A DNA stretch of 64,000 nt from Schizochytrium sp. TIO01 (taxonomy: Eukaryota; Protista; Bigyra: Labyrinthulomycetes). A program made the position numbers and the translations under genes. The notes under the pieces were generated by a model. The model was not told where the DNA came from and did not search any database. It saw only the letters and a list, made by a program, of their open reading frames with translations. Where the stretch lies: NCBI GenBank assembly GCA_004764695.1, contig SMSO01000014.1, positions 6,252,029 through 6,316,028 on the forward strand. Direction: 5' to 3'. Shown here in pieces: positions 54,732 to 64,000 of the stretch. Position 1 is the first letter of the stretch. The number at the start of each line of letters is the position of its first letter.

Positions 54732-57347
54732 GGTTGCAGCGGTTGTTGTTGTCTTCGGTTCTTGTTACAAACTTTGTTTAAGAAAGGTATTTGCCGTGAT
54801 GTACTTTTGCACAACACGTTTATGGGAGCTCGGAGGTAATTTAGGATTTCCAAGCGCAAGCCGCGTTGATAGCAGTTTGAGCCTTTGCTTGTTTGAGTTG
54901 CCTTTCGTGATCCAACCTCGGTTGCTCCAAAGCAACAATTTTGCCGTGGAGGATGCTTCTTTTGCAATAACCTTTGAACTTGAAATATTCAGATGTATAA
55001 GCCTTGTGGCGTGCGACTTCGTTGCAGAAGCCAATGACAGTGAACGCGTATGCAAGCAAGCAAGTAAGCAAGCAAGCGAGCAAAAGCGAGCAAGAAGTTC
55101 TGTATTTGCGAGTGAACTTATCTGAGCTCGCACGTGCCGTTCTCTCTTCTCTTTTTATATTTATATTTATGTTAACTTTAAAATAAAAACTAAAAAGCTT
55201 TTTTCCTGGGAAAACAAAACAAGGTATAAAAGAGGGAACGATGGGACAACGGCGCACGCCGATTGCAAGGTCAAGCTATCGATCGAGCGGCGTTCACTTG
55301 AGTTTTATTTTTCTTGGATTCTGGCCGACCTTCACGAGCTTCCAGCCTCGAGCAGCCAGATATGTTTGAGCCGTCATTCCAATTTCAGAGAGATAAGCAA
55401 ATCTTGGCTAAAAAAGAATACGCTTAAAGTAAAAGCCATCCTCATCGACACTTGAAGGCTAGCACTTAATAGCGTCTACTAGGCCCAGGATGCATATTTT
55501 ACTGCATTGAGACTTAAAAAAAGAAGCACACTTACAATTTTAAAAACGCTTTTGTCACAACAATAGGAACCTCTAACCAGTGGTGGACTAATAAGGGAAA
55601 CGGTGCTGTTGATGAAAGAGAGCTTTCTCATGCCACCTCGAAGAAGAAGCACTTTTGAGGGCACTCACGTAAAGCGATCGTCTTGGTTGCGCTAGAATAA
55701 GTCCACCCACGTACAAGATAAACGGCATATTTCGATGTTTATAGAGGGTTGATTGATCCTCGTGGTTGATACTCGAATAAGGGCCGCAGACGACCCCATT
55801 TATGATACACTTTGCAATCTTTGAACTTGAAGAGAAATAAAACTAAACTAAACAAAAAAAAATTAAAACACACTTTCTCGAACTTGAGAAAACCCAACGA
55901 GAAGCAATAATTATACTTTGAGCAACTAACTGTTCAAAGCAACAGTCGAAGTAGTTTTAAGTCCATCACAGTTTCAACCTCAATCTGCTCAGGGCTCCTA
56001 TTTGCTGCCCCTCAAGCCCTCGTATTATTAACCGACGATTTTGAGAAACCACAGAGTATGAAGCTTGACGCTTGAAGCTTGTATATATATTAATAATAAC
56101 GTACAAAATAATAAGCCACTGGCATAAAGCAACCAATCAGCAATGTTTTACTGTCGTAGAGCTTGTTATGCATAACCTTCTTCTTGTGAATAATCCCCCC
56201 GGAGCTTCTAGGCAGGCACCGCCAGGCTGCAGTGTCTTTGGCTCCACCATGGGTAGCACCAGTCTTCAAAGTTCCTCCTTACTAATCGGACCCCATGATT
56301 TCTGATCATTCCGCAGCCTCAGCGAACGAGGGAAGGAACTTCAATCCCATTTCTAAAAAAGAGAAACCTTTTCACGGTGAAACCTCTGTTCGCTCACTTG
56401 GCCAATAGCCTATCCACTTACGCAAAATCCAAGGCGAGCCCCTATGTAAATAAATTTATACGCAGGGTTTCGAAATCGCAAAGCTCTCCGTCGTGCGGCA
56501 GTGCATAACTAGAACATCATCACACGAGGTCTTTGAATTCCCCTTTAAAAAGCACCAGAGATGCAGAGCCTGAGTCCCTAAACGCACCCTACTAGTATTG
56601 TATAGGTAGCCGCACGCGCCGGCCGTTCTCTATTGCTGTGTTTTAGTGGTTACGAGGAGTTTTTTTTTTTTTTTTATTTCATTTGAAAAAGGTTTTAGTT
56701 AAAAAAAATAAAAATAAAAGAGGTTATAGTTATAGAGTACTAGGCCGGCTTAGGAAAAGGCTAACGATGTAGTTTATGAAACATACCCGAAAGAATGGTG
56801 AGTAGCGAATTACAATTACACCCAGAAAGTTGGCGGGCGACGAACGAATCTGCGTCACTGGACTAGCTAGCTAGCCAGCTAGCTATAGCTGTAGCTCGGT
56901 GATCATCGTTGGAGCCCACCACGCTGACTTTACGTGCACATTGACTGCTTCTGCTGTCATTGCTCAAGTCTTCGTCTGCCCACCGCCACTGGCGCGGCGA
57001 CGCCCTCGCTTCAGCGCCATCTCTGTTGTGAGTATTTTCAATGGCCAGTCTTATTAGTATTCTTCTTAATTTAATTTAAATTCATCTTTAAAGTTAAAAC
57101 ATTAAAGACTAAAAGGTAAAATGTAATGAAACAATGAAAAGTATGTCAAATCTAAAGCTTTCCTGCAGAAAATCCTTTCATTGATTTCTGGTAAGTAATT
57201 AGGTTTCTAGTTCCAGTGAAGAGCAGATATAAAGGGACCCCAAAGCTCTGCATAAAACAAGACAAAGGGTGCTCGCAGCGCGTGGAGTCATTGATGCCGA
57301 ATGCTTGAGGTGGTGTGTGCTTAGCATCCTGTGCCATATTCGTTGAT

Positions 57348-57392
57348 TCATGATTCATGCTAGGCACTCATGATTCATGCTAGGCACTCATG
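57348..57392. repeat. Perfect 20-bp tandem duplication (tcatgattcatgctaggcac), 2.25 copies
   Basis: Read directly from the sequence. Confidence 0.85.
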
Positions 57393-60008
57393 CCAACATT
57401 CGACCTGGTGTGCACGATGAACGATGGAAAGATCATGGGCTGTTTCTGTTTGAGAGAGAGCTGCCAGGGGTTTGGAATGGAACAGTTTGGCGGAAGCAGA
57501 ATTGCAGAAACTGCGGCTCGATTTTATGACGGATGTATGCTCAGCAGAACGTAGATCTTGGGCTTGTGCCACTCTGACGGTGTGCTAATTACCTTGCACT
57601 GTTGTAAACAGTAGCAGTTGAAGCGAGGGAGGAGAAACACTGAGAACCTGAAGAGCCTGTCCGGAAGGGCTCCTCGAGTTGCGCAATTTGCGCGGCCCTC
57701 GCATTGTCCGTAACGTATTCTCGCAAGGAAGGACTTCAGCAAAATGACGATTCTTTATTATTATTAATTTTGAAAATTAATGAAATGCTTTAATTGTTAA
57801 CCTTATACATAACTACTACTAGTGCTGTTCCATTACGAAAATACGATTAATCAATCAGCAGGTTCTAAACATAAGTACTAAAATTGCTCAATACCGTAAC
57901 TAGTTTAAAATGATCTATAGTACTTGACTTTAAAAGACATTGTGAAGGCATTTGCAGTGTTTCTACAGGCACAACGAGAACCAAAAATCTTGATGCTCGT
58001 GACTGCTCGGAGAGTGACAGGATGATCGTGATGATGATCATCTTCAGGAAACTCGACTTGGACCAGAAATTGCCAAGCTGCGCACGCCCAGTTTAGCGCC
58101 TTGAAGTTCCACAGCGAGCGAGGGAAATGCCCCACTCTCTATGATTCCTATGGCGGTTCATAATATGCCGTCTAATAACTTGCGAGGTTCCAGTTCTTTG
58201 ATAATTCGTAGCAACGCGGTTCGCTCTCGTTCATTTCATTCTATTATTAAGAATATGGGAGTTTGCACTGCAACGAGCTTGGGTGCTAAACTTCCATGCA
58301 GGCACGAGCCAAAAGTATATCCGTTCAGGTAAAAGCAGCTCACTCAGTTGCCAGAGTTGTGCAAGTTTGCAATCTTCAGAACACTGACAGTGATTTCGCA
58401 TTGGCTTTTAGTGCTAGATTCATGTCATTTAGAGAGGAAGAAGAGCGAGGAAATTACTTAATGCGTGATGTTATAATAGATCCCTCATCTATGCTAATCG
58501 AGAAAAGACGATTGTGGAATATGAGACTTCGGCATTATTGTGGCTGGTCATGACCAGCCAGCAACCTGGTGTACTTGATTATAAAAAGAAATGTGGAGAG
58601 CATGTAGCTCTTTGTAAAACTGTAAATTACCATGTTCGTATTGTATGTAGCAGAACATTTCTATTGGTCTGGAATGCATGGCCTGGCCGGGTGTCTCTTA
58701 ATGTGGCGATAAAGATGCTGAAAATTAAGAATGCTCTCACTGGCAATCAATCATGAAAATTAAGGATACGGAGGTGACCCTTTGACTTGGATATATAGTT
58801 TCCAAATTTCTATTTCCAAGTTTCATTGCGGTCTTTTCAACTTGTCCCTCGCTCGCGTTTGGAGACTACGTACACTGTCTCTTTTACGGACTCAAATCTA
58901 CCAGTTGTGAGACTCCTCACTGGTAAGTTAGAAGCAACAACATTTACTTGTAGAAGTGGTCTTTCACGCGCTTACTCTTGCGGAAGCTCTTGAGATACGC
59001 TTGATTTTTTCTGAAAAATAATGACAAGATCAACATTGTTGGCACGAGCGAAAGATAAAAGCTAGTGAATGACTTTCTTATAACAACTGGTTATAAAGAA
59101 CAGCGCAGCATAGTTGTTCTGTTATGATCACCACCTCGTAATAAGAAACACATAATGTCGACCTGTATGGCCGTCTCACTTCTTACTAGCCATACATCCA
59201 TCAGCTGCACAGACACAGAGCCAAAGTTGCCTACATAAGCCCGCATCTCTTTGGCTCCCAAGTGTTTATTTTTCTGGGTGCTAGTAGATTAACTCTTCTT
59301 GAAAACTCAAGATCCTTAATCCGCATTAGGACATATCTTCAATTATGAGATCCTTGGGTCCCAGTTTGTCTGTCATGAGATGAAAAGAAGCAAGTACGTA
59401 AGAATGAAAGAAGAGAACTTTCTTGAGTGCTTTACTAGGAGACACGAAGAGAGCTTGATCAAGATCAATGAAGATTAATTGGCTGTATGTACCAACCTAA
59501 CTCATTCACGTGCTCGCTCATTCATGAATTGGATACTTAATCCTCTAATCCGTATAGTGCTATATTTCTTAAGCCCTGATCGGAACTATTTTAGAACACG
59601 AATATTGTCTACACACAGTCATGGATGGGCTATTCCGCGTATTTGTGTTGTTGTCAATCACCTATAGACTGTGATTGCAAGTGTAAAAAAAAAAAGCAGT
59701 TCTGGTGACTCAGTTGATGTCACAGGTTATAGTGCTCCCATAAATCACGGAAAATCTGGGACTTCCTTTCTTGGTCTACAGTATAACACTATTGACCCGA
59801 CTTCATTACGTACAAGATTTTCCGAATTTATAAAGTTTGTCTTTATCGAGCGAATTTAAGGGACTTAGAGAGCCAACAAAATTGTACAGTATCGCGAATT
59901 GGTCAAAATCCAAACCTTCGCGTTAGTCACCTGTCATTATTTCAAAAGAAAACATAAGACAACCTCGACATATAAATAAAAAGATTGTATAGTCCACTGA
60001 TACCTGAC

Positions 60009-60101
60009 TACCAGAACCTGCGCTATAAAGCAACTATTCCAGCACATATTATAGACCTGGAGGTACCAGAACCCGCGCTATAAAGTAATTACTCCAGTAC
60101 A
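60009..60101 (+). repeat. Two 38-bp direct repeats (55-bp period), each containing TATAAA
   Basis: taccagaacctgcgctataaagcaactattccagcaca versus taccagaacccgcgctataaagtaattactccagtaca. Confidence 0.8.
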
Positions 60102-60548
60102 GACCTCAAGTTAAACTCGTAGTGATTAGCACTAAGTCGGTACTAACCATTACTTCAAGTCCGTATGCAATACTCAACCATCTTTTGGGGATTCTATTTC
60201 ACAGGTACGCTAGAGAACGCCAGCACCATGATTCAAAAACGCATTGAACAAAGTTTATCAGTCGGCCCAATCAGAGGCCAAGTTGGAATCGCGAAAGTTC
60301 GTCCAAAATATCGATCCAATCTTCTCTCAGTCGCCAAATCAATCAATCGGAATCCAGTAATCATAAAAATGGAAACCTGAGAGTTGATATCTATTTTGAT
60401 ACTATGAAGCATGCGCCGGTCCCTGCTCTGGTTCGGGTTCTTCAGAAGCTCGTTTGCGAAGGTTCAATAAAGCCACTTCGATCTACGCAGGCCTTGCTTT
60501 CTGCCACGCTTACGCTGTCGCGATTGCCTGGTCAATTGATCTCTCTCA

Positions 60549-61709
60549 ATGGGGAATTGTGTGGGCAGGGAGAGCCGCCGCGAAAACCAGGATGGCGCGT
60601 CTGATGCAGGATTGGCCATGATGGCGTACAATGCTGGAAATGGGACGACTCCTGAACGAGCTGAGCGGGTAGCACGGCACAGCGAGAGCGAAAGAAGCAC
60701 GTTCACAGGTTCTTGCAGATCTCAATCTACGGACGATTCTATTGTGGAGCACGATGGAATTTCACTGGGACGTGCCAGTGAAGATCTCCAGCAGAAGCGA
60801 GTGCAGCTTGCTCAGTACAATGAGCTCTTAGATAATGTCTTGAAAGCTAAGTCCAAGGCGTACCAGCGCATGGAGAAGAGAAGCGGGTACAAACTTTTGG
60901 ACAATGCTATGGCTAAGATGGTCAACCCGACATACTTTGGAGCAGCTTCATGGCCCAGCCCTCACCAAGCGCATCGATGCTTTTTACATAAGTCGCGAAA
61001 ATCAGCATTGATAATTTCGGATGGACTCAGTAATCCTTATTCGCCTCAGGAATACGCAAGGTTCATCAACAGAGATTATGGGGACGATGGCAATGAGTAC
61101 GACGGGGATGGGGAATTAGGTGATGACGATGACAATGACGATGCTGTGGTGGAGGAAGTAAAGGATAATGAAGGAAGAGTTTCGCAAAGGAGGTTCCACA
61201 AATTACAACGAGGTAATGACAGAAATATTGGCTATGGGTTTGAGGTATATGCTGAGTTTGTTGGTCACGATCAAGATGCTCTAATGTATCGATTCACTGA
61301 GGACGACTGGGTGCATACTTGGGAAGCTCTCCTGGTTGACTATATTTCACAAACCTTAGCTAGCCAAGGGTGCGAATTCCTTCCCTTGTTTCAAAGTTTG
61401 GAGGCGTGTATGTCACTTGAGATCCCAGAGCAAAGTCTACCGGTTGGAACTCCTCCAGAATTTATTAATCAGCGAGGCACCGTAGGTGTACTACTTTTTG
61501 TTTCCAGTGCTCCGGATGTTCCTAATCAAATTAAATTGCCAACAGGGAAGGCGACTCTTATTGCAATGCGAGTTCTCAATGATGGCGAGCTTCATTCTAT
61601 TCTTGTTGCACAAACTCAACAAGAAGCCACCGAAGCACGTCTCGCCCTTGCAAAGAAATTCAGTCTTGACCGAAGCTACCATCGTAACATTCTTGAATCT
61701 ATTTGTTAA
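60549..61709 (+). CDS. Suppressor-of-fused (SUFU) N-terminal-domain family protein with MGNC acylation motif
   Basis: IISDGLSNPY, GYGFEVYAE and KLPTGKATLIAMRVLNDGELHS match the SUFU motifs (FGLSDL, GFGFELT, TPFG.V.FLQIVG....ELHS). Confidence 0.75.
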   Translation: MGNCVGRESRRENQDGASDAGLAMMAYNAGNGTTPERAERVARHSESERSTFTGSCRSQSTDDSIVEHDGISLGRASEDLQQKRVQLAQYNELLDNVLKAKSKAYQRMEKRSGYKLLDNAMAKMVNPTYFGAASWPSPHQAHRCFLHKSRKSALIISDGLSNPYSPQEYARFINRDYGDDGNEYDGDGELGDDDDNDDAVVEEVKDNEGRVSQRRFHKLQRGNDRNIGYGFEVYAEFVGHDQDALMYRFTEDDWVHTWEALLVDYISQTLASQGCEFLPLFQSLEACMSLEIPEQSLPVGTPPEFINQRGTVGVLLFVSSAPDVPNQIKLPTGKATLIAMRVLNDGELHSILVAQTQQEATEARLALAKKFSLDRSYHRNILESIC

Positions 61710-62721
61710 AATAAAACAAAATAAAACATGTTTCCATTTTATTTTATTTTTTGTTTTTTGAGTTTATATCATCTACGCACTTTTTGCGTATGATATCCTT
61801 GCTTTCGATCGAGGAGATTAGCTCCCAGTATGGTTTAGCTTGCTTGGCATTTCAGTCTATACAACGGTCCTTATGTTTAGCTTCAGCTATTTGTTTTTTA
61901 AGTAGGAAACAAATATTAGAAACTTTTTTTCGTTTTCATTTTTTGAAATTAATTAATATTAAAGTTTATTATTTAAAATTAATTAATATATATCTATAAT
62001 AAAACATTCTGAGTTCTTTAAAGTAATTGTGCTTTCCAAACAACCAACCCTCCTGAAGCGCCTTTCATGTACGACTCGAAATGGTATTCCAAAGAGCTCG
62101 CGCAGCGGTACCCTCGCGCACCATAGAAACTCAGGATCACTTTCTCTGGTATTCTTGACCTCACTACACATACATATGCCGTCAGAGAGAAATAACCGAA
62201 CAAAACCAATCAATGAGGTCAGCAATATCTCCGCAAACAACGGATCGCACGTCGAACAGCATGGTAGCAAACGTGCATAAGCACTGCAACAAGATAAACC
62301 CGTCAATTGCTTCTGGCAAGTGTTTCTCGTGGCCCATCCGCGACTCCAAACACACGCACACACGATTGATGCACTTGCTTTCGTACAGCGGTCAAGCGAA
62401 CTTTGTAAGCCGCAGGCACATTTGCATTGCCATGCAGACAAGGCAGAGGTGGCGATGCCTCCACAACGCAATCCACAAACTCGAAACTCACAGAATCAGT
62501 CCGAGGCTGAAACCCTCCAAAGTCTTCCGTTTCCACGACTACAAACCGTGTATGTGTGGCGTCCAATGAGTAGAATTCTATGCATGGCGCCTTTGCCTGA
62601 GCGAGACGATGCGACTCGCATTTCCATCGCGGGAGTCTTCTGTGGTAGGCGGCACATCAGCACCGCTGCTGCTGCCACAGATGCGCAACGAAAGCGAGCT
62701 TAGCTTCGATCGGCTCGAGCA

Positions 62722-63747
62722 TGTCTGTGTCTGTGTCTGTGTCTGTGTCTGTGCCAACTCTCGATGGCGAGGTCTTCGTCAGCGCAGTGCTGACTGGCCC
62801 AACTAAGTTGCCAAACATGGCGTTCTGCCCCCTCGCAGAGCTAGCGAGCTACCCCAAGGCACTCCACGCGCAGGTAATCAATCAATCAATCAATCAATCA
62901 ATCAGCTCCTGCCTCTGCAAAGCAGAACTTGCACGTGTCTCGAGCTTTGGCCTCAGAGCTTCGCGCGTGAGTGGGAGCAAAGACCTGCAGAGTTGTATCC
63001 CAACTCCAAGCTCTGGTCCAACCTGGAGATCGGCCTCTTGTCGTTTCAGGAATGCAAGTTTCAGGCATCCAAGAGTGCAGGAGTGCAAGAGCGCAAGCAA
63101 GCAAGCAAGCAAGCACGCAAGCAAGCAAGCAAGCAAGCGATCTTCGCCACGCACTCCCGTCAGCAGGGATGTAATACCTCCAGAGAAGCAAGGAATTAAT
63201 TACAGATCAGATGCGAGCTCAGCCCAAACCCATGGACTGGCCTCCAGGAATGCAGCCCCGGCCTTGTGGCCTCCCTGCAACGGCTGTTGCGAGTCGCCTC
63301 GACTTATCCTCATCGACTCCGTCCAATGTTGGCGTTGACGCCATCTCTGAGCTTCGCAGGTAGGCATTTGGTTCTTTGTTTGTGTGCTTACTTATTCATG
63401 TGATGATGTATTTATTTATGCGTGGGCGTACGTAGCCATTGGAGCATCCGGGCCGCTCATCAACTCTTCCACTCTGACCGTATCCAAAACCAAATAAATA
63501 CCTCCATTCCCAACTCGAGGTTCCTGGTATGGTCTCTCCACACGGCAGACAGACCTCTGTGGCTTGAGCGATATCCTCGATTCCGCATCCACGGTCCTCC
63601 ATAGATCAATACCAACATCAATATCGATATCAATGTCAATATCTATATCCATATCTATATCTATATCCATATCTGGAGTCTAAAGTTGGAGTCGAAGTTG
63701 AAGCTGAAGTTGAAGTTGAAGTTGAAGTTGAGGTTGAAGTTGAAGTT
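62722..63747. repeat. Second microsatellite-rich block: (GTGTCT)n, (ATCA)n, (AAGC)n, (ATATCN)n and (GAAGTT)n
   Basis: Read directly from the sequence. Confidence 0.85.
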
Positions 63748-64000
63748 GTGGATACAGCTTGAGGGCCTCGAGATGCACTTCCTCGAACTGTCAGCATTCA
63801 CTTCAAGAAGCCCATTCGCCCAGCCCTGCATCCGATTCTTCGTAGTCTGTTGCTCCATTGCATTGTTTATTCGTCGTTGGTTTCATCGTTTCTAATCGCT
63901 GTCGCATTACATTCATCCTATTCCTCGCTTCCTTCTTCTTCTTTCGCGCTTCTTCGATTTCTTCGCGCCTCTCCGACCAAAGCACTGACTCCTCCAATAC

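Noticed and set aside
60009-60101. CRISPR-like repeat-spacer-repeat
   Set aside because: Only two divergent copies, a 17-bp gap, no cas genes and a eukaryotic context.
55150-60400. Many 60-85 aa ORFs in the 5-kb gap between the divergent CA and SUFU-like genes
   Set aside because: Short, motif-free and of chance length; treated as intergenic.

Overview
Eukaryotic genomic DNA with essentially intronless genes and microsatellite-rich intergenic DNA. A thraustochytrid/labyrinthulomycete-type stramenopile is my guess from gene structure and repeat style, not a proven assignment. Housekeeping genes: partial histidine phosphatase, NAA50, TMEM135-like, mitochondrial biotin synthase, mitochondrial IleRS (split by a +1 frameshift), a Cys/Met PLP enzyme, an MFS sugar transporter, an M16A peptidase, a dysbindin-like protein and an alpha carbonic anhydrase. 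Interspersed are four genes that look like conflict/immunity genes: (1) a Crinkler/RHS-type coiled-coil + P-loop NTPase + PD-(D/E)xK nuclease gene, interrupted by a frameshift and by an in-frame TAG at the NTPase/nuclease junction; (2) a putative MLKL/HeLo-like four-helix bundle fused to about 23 variable ARM repeats; (3) an intact Crinkler-type nuclease+kinase protein that appears to lack both catalytic sites and carries a (GNSFA)5 repeat; (4) a SUFU-fold protein with N-terminal acylation motifs. A ~9.8 kb microsatellite-rich stretch without recognisable genes lies upstream of biotin synthase. No rRNA, tRNA, CRISPR array or intact transposon was recognised. All domain calls come from reading motifs by eye, with no database search.
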